Of a stretch of DNA of 64,000 bases, positions 10,089 through 21,900 are shown in pieces (position 1 is the stretch's first letter; each line of letters starts with the position of its first letter). Source of the DNA: Ignavibacteria bacterium (GTDB lineage Bacteria > Bacteroidota > Ignavibacteria > Kapaibacteriales > UBA961); the NCBI GenBank assembly GCA_016720145.1, contig JADJXV010000002.1, positions 152,279 to 216,278 of the forward strand, read 5' to 3'. A program made the translations under genes and the position numbers. A model generated the notes under the pieces. That model did not search any database and was not told the origin of the DNA. It worked only from the letters and a program-made list of their open reading frames with translations.

Positions 10089-11075
10089 ATGAAAGATTTA
10101 CAATTATGCGGTCTCGGCAATGCGCTTGTCGATGTGGAATTTCAGCTCTCGGACTCAGACTTTGATGCACTGAATTTGCAGCGCGGCACGATGACCCTCG
10201 TTGACGCAGCAGCGCAGCGTGCCTATATTGACGGACTCGCGGCGCACACTCCTCACCGTTCAAGCGGCGGTTCGGCGGCAAATACGATTATCGCTTTCGG
10301 TCAATTCGGCGGGCGTGGCGCCTACAAAGCTGTGCTCGGGAACGATGAAATGGGACTCTTTTATGCCCGAGAATTTACCGACCTCGGCATTCATTTAGAA
10401 GCGGATTTATTGCCTCATACACACACCGGTACATGCCTTGTGCTTATTACACCTGATGCTGAGCGAACGATGCTGACGGCGCTTGGGGTCAATAGTACGT
10501 TCAGCGCTGAACATGTAATAGAAGCCACGATTGCCCGATCGGAATGGCTCTATATTGAAGGATATAAATTCTCCGAACCCTCAGGACAATCAGCAATTAA
10601 AGAGGCAATTGGTTATGCAAAAAAGCATGGCACCAAGATCGCCGTTTCCTTCTCGGATACATTTATTATTAATTTTTTCAGAGAAGGTTTAGAATCAGCG
10701 CTTGAGCATGCTGACCTTATTTTCTGTAATGAAATGGAGGGATGTGCCTATACGGGAACTGAAGATTTTTCTGATGCATTTGAAAAGTTAAAGAAAAAAT
10801 TTGAGAATATGTGCTTTACTAGGGGTTCGAAGGGTTCACTCGTGCAATGGAATGGCGAAGTCCATGAAATTCCATCCTTTCCCGTAACGCCCATCGACTC
10901 GACCGGCGCTGGTGACATGTACGCAGCCGGCTTTTTGTACGGCATTACTCACGGTTACTCGGCGGATAAAGCAGGACTCCTTGCTTCCTACGCCGCATCA
11001 AAAGTCGTGTCGCAATTCGGCGCCCGACTCAAAGAATCGCATATCGCAGTGCGGGATGAAGTTCTCGGTGCTTGA
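10089..11075 (+). CDS. PfkB-family carbohydrate/nucleoside kinase (adenosine kinase-like)
   Basis: The motifs are GLGNALVD...N-terminal and C-terminal DSTGAGDMYAAGFLYG (PfkB signature 2). Confidence 0.8.
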   Translation: MKDLQLCGLGNALVDVEFQLSDSDFDALNLQRGTMTLVDAAAQRAYIDGLAAHTPHRSSGGSAANTIIAFGQFGGRGAYKAVLGNDEMGLFYAREFTDLGIHLEADLLPHTHTGTCLVLITPDAERTMLTALGVNSTFSAEHVIEATIARSEWLYIEGYKFSEPSGQSAIKEAIGYAKKHGTKIAVSFSDTFIINFFREGLESALEHADLIFCNEMEGCAYTGTEDFSDAFEKLKKKFENMCFTRGSKGSLVQWNGEVHEIPSFPVTPIDSTGAGDMYAAGFLYGITHGYSADKAGLLASYAASKVVSQFGARLKESHIAVRDEVLGA

Positions 11076-11226
11076 TTTTTTACGGAATGGCACGCTGATG
11101 ACGCTGATTACTATGATATTTGCAGATGATCATCCCGAACCTTGATTGGAATTAAACTTCAGGCAAAACCAGTCAGGTTTTCTTCAACCTGACTGGTTTT
11201 AAAACTACTTCGATACATTAACTGCC

Positions 11227-12597
11227 ATGACGACCATTACTTATACGACTACAATTATGAAATTTCTCACGACAGTATTCCTTGTTTTTTGCTGTGCAGC
11301 GCTGCCACTTTGGGCTCAGTCAGGTATGAGCTTTACCGATTTTTCTAAAAAATTAGAACCTTATTTTGACAAAGAATTAATTGAAGATATTCCTTTACAG
11401 TTGCCTCAAGGTTCGGATTATAGAATTTGGAGTTGGGACGTTGGCGACTTCTCCGGCGATGGCTTCAATGATGTTGCATTTGCCGTCAAGATCATGGGTG
11501 ACAAACGTAAGATAATGAATATTTACTTACTTACCGACTTAGAAGGTTATCTGACAACTGTAGCACAATTTCAATATTATTACGTGGATTTACCTCTCGA
11601 AGTTGGCGTGGTGATCAAAGAAAATGCCTGCTATACCACTCGTAAGCGTGAAGAATTCAGTTGGGTAGTGCGTGGGTATCGCTATGATATGGGTTCGGTG
11701 ATTTTGCTTGATGAATTCACCACTGCAAAGGTCGATAAATATACACGTGAGACGTATAAAAATTATCAGACGCTTCAGACTTCCGAACGTTTCCTCAACA
11801 CAAACACCGACGAAACTGCATTTTCTACCAAATACTTATCCATTCCATGTTACCCGCGTGGACGCCAAATGTACCGCGGTTACAGCGGAGATGCCGTCAG
11901 TAAATCAGTCGATTATGTGCCCAAAGGCGCTTTCTTTTGGGGTGGTGAAAATGACTGTTCATATTCTGTACGCTCAGTCTATGACGACGATTTTCTCTAT
12001 ATGACCATTCTCGTTAAGGACGATGAACTCATCATCGGACGATGCGATACGTGTACTGCTGATTACGTCGATATATGGTTCGACACCAATCAGCCCGGCG
12101 ACGATGGTGAACGCTTTGTATCAAAAACCAAACGTTCGCATAAGATGTCGATAAGATCTTCTGCAGACTCCGGTCTCTACTGTATCACCGCACGCTTGGG
12201 TGATTTTTTAGAACGTAAACCTTATATAAAGCTTAAGACTACGGACGAACTCGAAATATCACAGCGTAGTGCTGTCAACCAAGTAAAAGCGGTCGCAGCT
12301 CCCAGAAAAAATGGCTATATGGTAAAGCTCCGCATTCCTTTTTTACTGCTTGGTTACGAGAGTGCACCGGTCGATGACAAAGAAATTACTCAACTCGGGT
12401 GTTCGATTGTCGTGCATGACTCGGATAATGAATTCCGCCTTGAGGAGGAAGCGCTCATCTGCACGTCGCCATTTTCCGAACTCAATCCTGCGACCTATGG
12501 TACAATCCTCTTTATCCCACAAGAACAATGGTACGGAGAAACAACGAATCTCTACACTGATGCATTACTTAAGTACCTTACGGAATTAGGATTTTAA
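11227..12597 (+). CDS. Secreted hypothetical protein with an FG-GAP/VCBS-like DxDGDG motif. The likely start is the internal Met at 11257 (MKFLTTVFLVFCCAALPLWAQ).
   Basis: It has a signal peptide. A WDVGDFSGDGFNDVAF repeat-like motif is present. No other recognisable family. Confidence 0.5.
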   Translation: MTTITYTTTIMKFLTTVFLVFCCAALPLWAQSGMSFTDFSKKLEPYFDKELIEDIPLQLPQGSDYRIWSWDVGDFSGDGFNDVAFAVKIMGDKRKIMNIYLLTDLEGYLTTVAQFQYYYVDLPLEVGVVIKENACYTTRKREEFSWVVRGYRYDMGSVILLDEFTTAKVDKYTRETYKNYQTLQTSERFLNTNTDETAFSTKYLSIPCYPRGRQMYRGYSGDAVSKSVDYVPKGAFFWGGENDCSYSVRSVYDDDFLYMTILVKDDELIIGRCDTCTADYVDIWFDTNQPGDDGERFVSKTKRSHKMSIRSSADSGLYCITARLGDFLERKPYIKLKTTDELEISQRSAVNQVKAVAAPRKNGYMVKLRIPFLLLGYESAPVDDKEITQLGCSIVVHDSDNEFRLEEEALICTSPFSELNPATYGTILFIPQEQWYGETTNLYTDALLKYLTELGF

Positions 12598-12618
12598 AGT
12601 AAATTACAATAACTGCCC

Positions 12619-13491
12619 ATGAAACGCAATCGCCTTCAGACATTTATTCTGCTTCTGCCGTGGCTCTTGACGTTTGCTGTGTTTTGGTTGTATCCTCTGC
12701 TCTATTCGCTCTATTTGAGCTTTACGAAATACTCGACACTTGCTAATACTGCGCAGTTCGTCGGGCTCAAGAATTACTCCACCATCCTCACCGACCACAC
12801 TTTTTGGGATGCCTTGCGAAATACACTCATTTTCACCTTCGGTACGGTGCCCGTGACTACTGCATTTGCGCTGCTTCTTGCGGTCATTCTCCATACTCAA
12901 GTAAAACGCTTTACCGGTTTTTTTCGGGCGGCGTATTTTATGCCATCTGTTACTTCACTCGTGGTAATTGCTTTAATATTCACAAACTTATATGCCAAAG
13001 ACGGATATATAAATCTCCTCCTCGGCATGGTAGGAATACCTCATCCTGATCGGGGGTGGCTCCTCGAACCAAGCACCGCACTTCTTTCGGTAATGGCAAT
13101 GGATGTCTGGATCTCCACCGGCTATTATATGGTACTATTTCTGGCGGGTTTGCAAACAATCCCGAAGGATTTATACGAGGCGGCGCGGCTCTCAGGTGCT
13201 ACTGCATGGCAACAGTTTTGGCGAATTACACTTCCTCTTCTGAGACCGATGATGCTCTTTGTCGTCGTGATAAATACCATCAAATCCTTTTAGGTCTTTG
13301 TTGAAATTTACGTAATGACCAAGGGCGGTCCGACCCCGGGCGATACCACCACGCTCGTCTATGAAGTATTCGTCAATGCGTTTGAAAAATCCGATATGAT
13401 GGGCTATGCGTCGGCACTGGCATATATCATCTTTGCACTTTTGCTCATCTTCTCGCTCTTGCAGATGAAGGTGGTAGGGGAGAAGAAGTAG
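12619..13491 (+). pseudogene. UgpA/MalF-type sugar ABC transporter permease interrupted by an in-frame TAG (13291-13293) at a conserved Gln. It is an orphan, with no ATPase or binding protein nearby.
   Basis: The EAA loop is YEAARLSGATAWQQFWRITLPLLRP. The reading frame continues through ...INTIKSF[TAG]VFVEIYVMTKGGPTPGDTTTLVYEVF... to a TAG stop at 13489-13491. In the family as I recall it, the consensus at that position is SFQVF. Confidence 0.65.
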
Positions 13492-13635
13492 GTTCTCCTC
13501 CTCCTGAGGGTATCACTTCCGAGTGATGCTCTCAGTGAACATGACAAAACATCTAACTTCTTGCACACCAAGTATTTTTTGAGTAATATTGCACCATCAT
13601 TTATTACTTCTTCCCATTTTTCCGAGGATAGCATT

Positions 13636-14283
13636 ATGAAATACTGTTTTTTTGCAATGGTGATTGTTGCGGCATGCGCACTTGCGGCGTGCAAAGATAC
13701 GACGTCGCCGGCTCCTACAACCCCAACATATAAGTATTCGTTCACGGGGAAAATTTCGAACCCGAAGAATATTACGATACCGGATGATGCATATCTCGTG
13801 ACAGCTTGGAGTGTTTCGAGAGGAAGTCCTGATTATGGATATTATTTTGGCGAGGGACATCTTGATAAATCAACTAATTCCTTTACAGTTGGGTTTAATG
13901 CTGATTTACCGGCGGAAGCAATGAATCTGAATTCTGCTATGGACGGAGGATTGGGCGTTGGGTATGTTATGTTGGTTACCTCTCCTACAAAGTTAACAGG
14001 AAAAGATCTTAAATTTCTAACCGACGCAAAGCTTTGGGGCGCCATGGATTGGTCAGGTATGATTTATATTGGCGGAGAACCTTCAAAAGTTGAGTGGCGT
14101 CCGTGGGGTAAAGACTTCAAACAAGGGTATAATTATGCAGTCGGAGTTGATAATCCATCAGGCTTTGACTCTTATACACCTGGTGACGCTAAGGATATTA
14201 TATTACTAATAGATACCACACTTTCAGCTTTTAAATTCCCAAATTGGACAGGAATTAATCCTGATAATCATACGAAAAAGTAA
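13636..14283 (+). CDS. Hypothetical lipoprotein. The ORF track start at 13561 is probably an upstream extension.
   Basis: MKYCFFAMVIVAACALAAC is a lipobox followed by Cys, with a low-complexity TTSPAPTTPT linker after it. Confidence 0.5.
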   Translation: MKYCFFAMVIVAACALAACKDTTSPAPTTPTYKYSFTGKISNPKNITIPDDAYLVTAWSVSRGSPDYGYYFGEGHLDKSTNSFTVGFNADLPAEAMNLNSAMDGGLGVGYVMLVTSPTKLTGKDLKFLTDAKLWGAMDWSGMIYIGGEPSKVEWRPWGKDFKQGYNYAVGVDNPSGFDSYTPGDAKDIILLIDTTLSAFKFPNWTGINPDNHTKK

Positions 14284-14423
14284 TACTTCAGATGTTCATG
14301 TGTTTGATTATCATTTAGCATGATACAAGAATATCCCATGATTAACACTCATGGGATATTTTCTTATTAGGTACTATTGCGCCCTTTGCGCCTTAACCGA
14401 TATAATCACTTTAACCCAAAATA

Positions 14424-14458
14424 AAAGCCGTTCTCTCACCTGAGAACGGCTTTTTATT
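14424..14458. terminator. Bidirectional rho-independent terminator between the lipoprotein gene (+) and rpoC (-)
   Basis: The hairpin is aaagccgttctc...gagaacggcttt, flanked by T/A runs on both strands. Confidence 0.6.
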
Positions 14459-14477
14459 TTCAACCTTGAGGTACAGC

Positions 14478-17400
14478 TTACACCGCGATACGGCGCTTGC
14501 CGAGTCTGCGGTATCCATCTGAACCTTCGGGTTCTTCTTCTTGTGCGTCATCGAGGATTGCATCCGCGCCAAAGATATTACCCACTTGACTTGTGACTAC
14601 CATATCTTGGTATCTGCGTAAGCCGGTACCGGCCGGAATAAGCTGACCGAGAATGATGTTTTCTTTGAGTCCCATGAGGTTATCGGTTTTTGCTGATACT
14701 GACGCGTCTGCAAGAACACGAGTAGTTTCTTGGAACGATGCAGCGGAGAGCCAGCTCTCAGTTTGCAAGGATGCCTGTGTAATTCCAAGCAAGAGCGGAT
14801 CGGCGCTTGCCGGATCTGCGGGGCGGGCTTCTGCCATAATCTTGTCTTTCTTTTTGAGATCGATATTTGCCTCGCGGAAACGTTTTTTAGTAACAAGCTG
14901 TCCGACTTTGAAGCGTGCTTCACCTTTATCAGTGATCACGACATGATTTTTGAGCATTTCGTTTTCATCGTAGAATTTGATCTTATCGATTTGATCATTT
15001 TCGAGGAATGTTGAGTCGCCTGCATCGCTAATTTTAACTTTTTGAAGCATTTGACGCACGATGATTTCGATGTGCTTATCGTTGATTTTCACACCTTGCA
15101 TACGATAGACTTCCTGAATTTCATTCGTCAAATACTCTTGTACGGCATTTGCACCTTTGATACGGAGGATATCGTGCGGATTGATCGACCCATCGCTGAG
15201 TCTATCACCGGCACGTACGAGATCACCCTCCTGCACGAGCAAATACTTACTGGTAGCGACGGCAGATTCGGAACGTGTTTGACCGTCCAAACTAGTAATA
15301 ATCACAGCACGTTGTCCACGTTTTGCTTTGTCGAATGAAATTATACCGTCAATTTCAGCTACAATAGCAGGATTTTGAGGTGCGCGGGCTTCGAATAACT
15401 CGGTAACTCGCGGCAGACCTCCTGTAATATCACGCATACGACCAAGATCCCGTGGAATTTTTACAAGTTTGGTACCTACGCCGACTACTTCCATATTATC
15501 AACAATAATCTGAGCGCGGATTGGAATGATATAGGTCTGTAAAATATTACCAAGTTCATCGACAATTTCAATCGCCGGCATCTTTGTCCGGTCACGAGAT
15601 TCCATCACCACACGTGTAATGTGACCTGTTTGCTCGTCATTTTCCTCACGGAAGGTAACGTTTGCCTGTAAGTCTTTATAGCGAATAGTACCTGGCTTTT
15701 CCGTTATAATCGCCGCATTGTACGGATCCCATTCATAAATTGTCTCACCTTTTGCTACGTGCTGACCGTCCTGGATCTTGAGAAGCGCGCCATAAACGGC
15801 ATCATACTTCGTAAGAATACGGTTACTATCTGATTCTACAAGATTTATCACACCACTTCGGCTAACAACCACATGCATTTTGCCATCACTTTCGTCATCA
15901 TCATAGCTTACGGTTTTGATATTTTCAAATTGAATCACACCGTCAAATTTCGCTGTAATAATTGATTGTGAAGCAACAAGCGATGCTGTACCACCCGTGT
16001 GGAACGTACGCAATGTAAGCTGAGTACCCGGCTCGCCAATTGACTGTGAAGCAATCGTTCCGACGGCTTCACCCACGTCAACTACTTGACCGGTCGCCAT
16101 ATTACGGCCGTAACATCTCACACAAATTCCACGGCGGGATTCGCAGGTAAGTACTGATCGTATAAGAACAGAATCAATAGAAGACTCTGCAATCTTGTGC
16201 GCGATATCTTCGTTGATAATACCGCCTGCTTTAATCATCACTTTATCTGTCAACGGGTTAACTATGTCAACGAGTGCAAAACGTCCTAAAATACGCTCAG
16301 CAAGAGGTTCTTTAATATCTTCACCTTCTTTGAGAGCGCGCATTTCCATACCTCTGATAGTACCGCAGTCCATTTCAGAGATAATCATATCTTGTGCTAC
16401 GTCATGCAAGCGTCGTGTCAAGTAACCTGCATCGGCAGTTTTCAACGCTGTATCGGCAAGACCTTTACGTGCACCGTGCGTAGAAATGAAATACTCAAGA
16501 ATTGTCAGACCTTCTTTGAAGTTGGAAATAATCGGGTTTTCAATCAATTCCGCGCTCGAACCTGTTTGTGACTTCTGCGGCTTTGCCATCAATCCCCGCA
16601 TACCGGCAAGCTGACGGATTTGCTCTTTCGAACCCCGTGCTTGCGAGTCAAGCATCATCCAGAATGGGTTGAAACCTTCGTCCGCTTTTTGGAGATCGAA
16701 GTATAGTCTATCCGCTACACGGTTAGTAGCAGTGGACCACGTATCAATGATCTTATTATAGCGTTCACCGGCTGTAATCACACCATTTTGGTAGTATTCT
16801 TCAATTGTATCAACAGTTTCCTGCGCTTTTTTGATAATGGTTTCTTTTTCTGCCGGGATCACAACGTCGTGAATTCCAACAGAAAGTCCACCTTTAGTCG
16901 CAAATGCAAAACCCATTTCCTTCATTGCATCCAAGAATTCGACTGTCTTCGCAGGACCGGCCTTGCGGAAACACTGCCCGATAATTTGACGGAGTCGGTT
17001 CTTGGTAAGTAATTCATTGAGATAACCCATTGCTTCAGGCACGACTTGATTAAACAATAATCGACCTGTAGTTGTATCGATCATCTTACCTTTAATTCTC
17101 ACAAGAATTTTGGCGTGAAGATCTAATTTCCCTGAGTTATAGGCGATAATCACTTCTGAAGCACAAGAAAACTGCTTATTTTCACCCGGTGCGCCACGAC
17201 GAAGTTTCGTCAAGTAATACGCACCAAGCACCATGTCTTGTGATGGAACTGTAATAGGATCACCGTGTTGCGTGTGCATCACATTATGTGGTGCCAGCAT
17301 GAGGAGCAATGCTTCGAGCTGAGCTTCGTGACTAAGCGGTACGTGAACGGCCATTTGGTCACCGTCAAAGTCGGCATTGAAAGCTGTACACACAAGTGGA

Positions 17401-18773
17401 TGCAATTGCAAAGCTTTACCTTCGATAAGTCGCGGCTGGAATGCTTGAATACCCAATCGGTGAAGAGTAGGAGCACGGTTGAGCATGATTGGGTGACCGT
17501 CGATTACTTTCTCTAAAATATCCCACACTTCATTGGTTTTACGTTCGACTAATTTCTTCGCGCTTTTGACAGTCTTCACATGTCCGCGTTCAATTAACTT
17601 ACGGATAACAAACGGCTTAAACAATTCAACAGCCATGTCTTTCGGCAAACCGCATTCGTGAATTTTGAGTTCAGGTCCGACCACAATAACCGAACGTCCG
17701 GAATAATCAACCCGCTTACCGAGCAAGTTCTGACGGAAACGACCAGTTTTACCCTTGAGCGTATCTGCAAGTGATTTGAGTGCACGCTGTGACTCACTTC
17801 GTACTGAACGTCGGCTATTATCGAATAAGGCATCGACTGATTCCTGTAGCATACGCTTTTCATTACGAAGAATCACTTCCGGCGCTTTGATATCAATTAA
17901 TCGACGTAATCTGTTATTGCGGATTATCACCCGACGATAGAGGTCATTCAAGTCAGAAGTAGCAAATCTTCCGCCTTCGAGAGGTACAAGAGGACGTAAA
18001 TCAGGAGGAATGACCGGCACAACGTCTAGTACCATCCATTCAGGATGGTTAGGGAGTCCGCCGCCATCCGGAGGAAGGAATGATTCTAATATTCTCAAGC
18101 GTTTGAGAAGTTCAGTTTTCTTCGTTTGTGAAGTCTCCTCACGCAATTGATCGCGCATTCTGTAATACGTTGCTTCAGGATCAATTCGCTTAAGTAACTC
18201 TTTAATTGCTTCACCACCAATTAAACATATAAACTTACGATGATCATCATCATCCATATTGCGTTCAGCATTGGAGAGCGAGCCGAGCACTTCGAGGTAT
18301 TGTTCTTCTGTCAATAAATCTTTTACCTGCAAGCCGGTACTCCCCGGCTGAACTACCACATAAGACTCGTAATAGATGATACGCTCAACATCTTTTGTCG
18401 GCATCGCAAGTGAGTGGCTGATCTTACTTGGGAGTGATCGTAAGAACCAAATATGCACGACAGGAACTGCAAGCATGATGTGTCCCATACGCTCACGGCG
18501 AACGGATTTCTGGGTCACTTCCACACCGCATCGATCGCACACAATTCCTTTATATCGAATACGCTTATATTTACCACAAGCGCATTCCCAATCTCGGATT
18601 GGTCCAAATATTTTTTCGCAGAACAGACCATCTTTTTCAGGACGGAATGAACGATAGTTGATAGTTTCTGGTTTTGTCACTTCACCATGAGAGCGGTTAA
18701 GCACTTCATCAGGTGAGGCAATTTTAATCGTAATTCGAGAAAATCCTTTTCTTGGAATAGAATGGGATTGCAT
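14478..18773 (-). CDS. rpoC: DNA-directed RNA polymerase subunit beta'
   Basis: It is 1431 aa. The [16 protein letters not shown] catalytic motif and zinc-binding Cys clusters are present. Confidence 0.97.
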   Translation of the reverse strand: MQSHSIPRKGFSRITIKIASPDEVLNRSHGEVTKPETINYRSFRPEKDGLFCEKIFGPIRDWECACGKYKRIRYKGIVCDRCGVEVTQKSVRRERMGHIMLAVPVVHIWFLRSLPSKISHSLAMPTKDVERIIYYESYVVVQPGSTGLQVKDLLTEEQYLEVLGSLSNAERNMDDDDHRKFICLIGGEAIKELLKRIDPEATYYRMRDQLREETSQTKKTELLKRLRILESFLPPDGGGLPNHPEWMVLDVVPVIPPDLRPLVPLEGGRFATSDLNDLYRRVIIRNNRLRRLIDIKAPEVILRNEKRMLQESVDALFDNSRRSVRSESQRALKSLADTLKGKTGRFRQNLLGKRVDYSGRSVIVVGPELKIHECGLPKDMAVELFKPFVIRKLIERGHVKTVKSAKKLVERKTNEVWDILEKVIDGHPIMLNRAPTLHRLGIQAFQPRLIEGKALQLHPLVCTAFNADFDGDQMAVHVPLSHEAQLEALLLMLAPHNVMHTQHGDPITVPSQDMVLGAYYLTKLRRGAPGENKQFSCASEVIIAYNSGKLDLHAKILVRIKGKMIDTTTGRLLFNQVVPEAMGYLNELLTKNRLRQIIGQCFRKAGPAKTVEFLDAMKEMGFAFATKGGLSVGIHDVVIPAEKETIIKKAQETVDTIEEYYQNGVITAGERYNKIIDTWSTATNRVADRLYFDLQKADEGFNPFWMMLDSQARGSKEQIRQLAGMRGLMAKPQKSQTGSSAELIENPIISNFKEGLTILEYFISTHGARKGLADTALKTADAGYLTRRLHDVAQDMIISEMDCGTIRGMEMRALKEGEDIKEPLAERILGRFALVDIVNPLTDKVMIKAGGIINEDIAHKIAESSIDSVLIRSVLTCESRRGICVRCYGRNMATGQVVDVGEAVGTIASQSIGEPGTQLTLRTFHTGGTASLVASQSIITAKFDGVIQFENIKTVSYDDDESDGKMHVVVSRSGVINLVESDSNRILTKYDAVYGALLKIQDGQHVAKGETIYEWDPYNAAIITEKPGTIRYKDLQANVTFREENDEQTGHITRVVMESRDRTKMPAIEIVDELGNILQTYIIPIRAQIIVDNMEVVGVGTKLVKIPRDLGRMRDITGGLPRVTELFEARAPQNPAIVAEIDGIISFDKAKRGQRAVIITSLDGQTRSESAVATSKYLLVQEGDLVRAGDRLSDGSINPHDILRIKGANAVQEYLTNEIQEVYRMQGVKINDKHIEIIVRQMLQKVKISDAGDSTFLENDQIDKIKFYDENEMLKNHVVITDKGEARFKVGQLVTKKRFREANIDLKKKDKIMAEARPADPASADPLLLGITQASLQTESWLSAASFQETTRVLADASVSAKTDNLMGLKENIILGQLIPAGTGLRRYQDMVVTSQVGNIFGADAILDDAQEEEPEGSDGYRRLGKRRIAV

Positions 18774-18907
18774 GGATTTTTCTCCAATAAAAGTTCGTAA
18801 AGTATATTTTTAATTTTAATGGTTCACTTCTGCAAGTCAAGACCCGTCGCATGCGGTCACACTTGCCGTCCAACTGTTTGATTGATAATGCGTTATAGAA
18901 TAATCAC

Positions 18908-21900
18908 TTATTCAATAACGATATCCAAACAAAGACCTTGCAATTCACGTACAAGTACATTGAACGATTCAGGGATATTCGGATTCGGCATATTCTCGCC
19001 TTTTACGATTGTTTCGTACATTTTTGCACGACCCTGTACATCGTCCGACTTCACGGTAAGCATTTCTTGTAATGTGTGTGCCGCGCCGTATGCTTCGAGC
19101 GCCCAAACTTCCATTTCACCCAACCGTTGACCACCGAACTGAGCTTTACCACCAAGCGGTTGCTGAGTAATGAGAGAGTATGGCCCGATCGACCGTGCGT
19201 GAATCTTATCTTCCACAAGGTGGGAGAGCTTCAGCATATAAATCACACCGACCGTAATCACGTGATCAAATTGATCACCAGTCCGACCATCAAAGAGTAT
19301 AGTCTTTCCGGTACGTGGAAGTCCTGCTTTTTCAAGATAATCGCCGACTTCATCCCAGGTAGCGCCATCAAAAATCGGTGTTGCAAAGTGTACACCTAAT
19401 TTTTTGGCTGCCCATCCAAGTGCTGTCTCATACAATTGACCGAGGTTCATACGTGATGGCACGCCAAGTGGATTGAGGACGATATCAACGGGGGTACCAT
19501 CCGGCAAGAAAGGCATATCTTCAATCGCAACGATTTTCGATACAATTCCTTTATTACCGTGACGACCAGCCATTTTATCGCCTACTTGAAGTTTACGTTT
19601 TTTAGCTACATACACTTTCGCCATTTGTAGAATTCCCGGCTGGAGTTCATCTCCGGCTGCAATTTTATTCCGTTCAGACTTCGCAGTCGCGCTGATATCA
19701 TTTTTATGAATTGCATAATTATGAAGGAGTTGGCGTACAAGTGACATTTTATCATCTTCTGAGAACCAATCAGCATCCATATCGAGCAGCTCTAATTTTA
19801 ATGCGCCATCATCATACTTTGTCATGACATCTTTTGCCGTCAATGCAGTACCACCGCGGAAGACTACTTTGTCATTCGTAAGTCGAATACCCAGTGTAGT
19901 CATACCATCGAGTACTTTTGCAAGGCGGCGAGCTGTATCATCTTCGTGCTGTTTGAGAGTTTTTTGTTCACGTTTTGAGATTTGCTCTTGACGTTTTTTC
20001 TCTTCCTGGCGAATTTGATCATCGCTTGTCATCACACGACGGCTAAAGAGTTTGGTATTTATTACCACGCCTTTAAGTCCTGGTGATGCTTTCATCGAAG
20101 CATCTTTTACATCTCCGGCTTTGTCACCGAAAATAGCACGAAGTAGCTTTTCTTCAGGTGTAGGATCGGTCTCACCTTTTGGAGTAATCTTACCGATGAG
20201 GATATCTCCTTCACGGACTTTAGCGCCCATGCGGATAATTCCAAAATCATCTAAGTCCTTAGTAGCTTCTTCGCTTACATTAGGTATTTCTTTTGTGAAT
20301 TCTTCTTCGCCTCGCTTTGTATCACGAACCTGAAGAGTTGATTCTTCAATATGAATAGAGGTATAAATATCTTCTGCAACAAGTCGCTCTGAGATAATAA
20401 TAGCATCTTCAAAGTTGTATCCACGCCAAGGCATGAATGCTACGAGCACGTTCTGTCCTAGAGCGAGCTCGCCTAATTCAGTCGCTGCACCGTCTGCTAA
20501 CGGCTGACCTTTCTTAACTCGTTGATCAGCAACGACAAGCGGCCGTTGATTGATACAAGTATCTTGATTTGTTCTGAAGAATTTAAGCAGACGATAGGTC
20601 TTGGTATTATCATTGTCAAATGATACTAATTTCTGTACATCTGTTCGGATATCGTCGTATCGTACTCTAATGAAATCAGCGCAAACATACTCGACAATTC
20701 CATCTCCTTCGGCAGCTGTCAGAGCTCTGGAATCATGAGCCACACGAGCTTCCATACCGGTACCGATAAGGGGAGCTTTTGGTTTTAATAGGGGGACGCC
20801 TTGGCGTTGCATATTCGAACCCATAAGCGCACGGTTCGCATCATCATGTTCCAAAAATGGGATCAGTGATGCGGCAGGGCTTGTGATCTGATCTGTCGTT
20901 ATATCCATATATTCGATGTCTTTAGGAGACACCACGAGGAAGTCACCTGACAAACGAGCTTTTACTCTTTCCCCAAGTAGCATACTATCTTTATCTGTTT
21001 CAGTCGAAGCAGGTGCAATCAGCTTTCCTTCTTCTTTTTCAGCTGTAAGATATTCAATTACATCGGTTACTTTACCGTGCTCTACTTTATGATACGGCGT
21101 TTCGATAAAACCAAAATGATTTATTCTCGCATGTATCGAAAGAGAAGAAATAAGACCAATGTTTGGACCTTCCGGTGTTTCAATCGGGCAAAGTCGTCCG
21201 TAGTGAGTATAGTGCACGTCACGAACTTCAAATCCAGCTCGCTCTCGGGTAAGACCTCCGGGTCCGAGTGCAGAAGTACGACGCTTATGAGTTAACTCAG
21301 ACAATGGATTGGTTTGATCCATGAATTGCGACAACTGATTTGTACCGAAAAACTGATTAACTACACTTGTAATTGTCCGTGCATTTACAAGTTCGGCAGG
21401 AGTTGTCGTTTCACCGTCATGTACGCTGAGACGTTCTTTAATAGTTCTTGACATTCTTGAAAGGCCGAGATTAAACTGAGCCGATAACTGTTCACCGACT
21501 GTTCGCACCCGACGATTACCCAAGTGATCGATATCATCGACATTGTGTTTTTGTCCATGCAAATCAATCAGATACTTGATTATTTCAATAATATCGTCAA
21601 TTCGCAATGTTGTATGACTAAGCGGTACATCTTGAATACCTAGTTTGTCATTTATTCTAAACCGACCCACGACACCTAAATCATATCTTTTGGGATTAAA
21701 GAACAATTTATCGAGTAGTGCAGCTGCTGTTTCTACGTCAGGTGCATCGGTTGAGCGGAGCTGACGGTAGATTGCTTCGAGAGCATCTTCTCGTGTTTTG
21801 GTAGTATCTTTAGCAAGTGTTTTTGCGAGGACAGGTTCATCTGCTGCATTCTCATAACTGAAAAATTTGACTTCAGTTAAGTCAGCTGTTTTGATAATAT

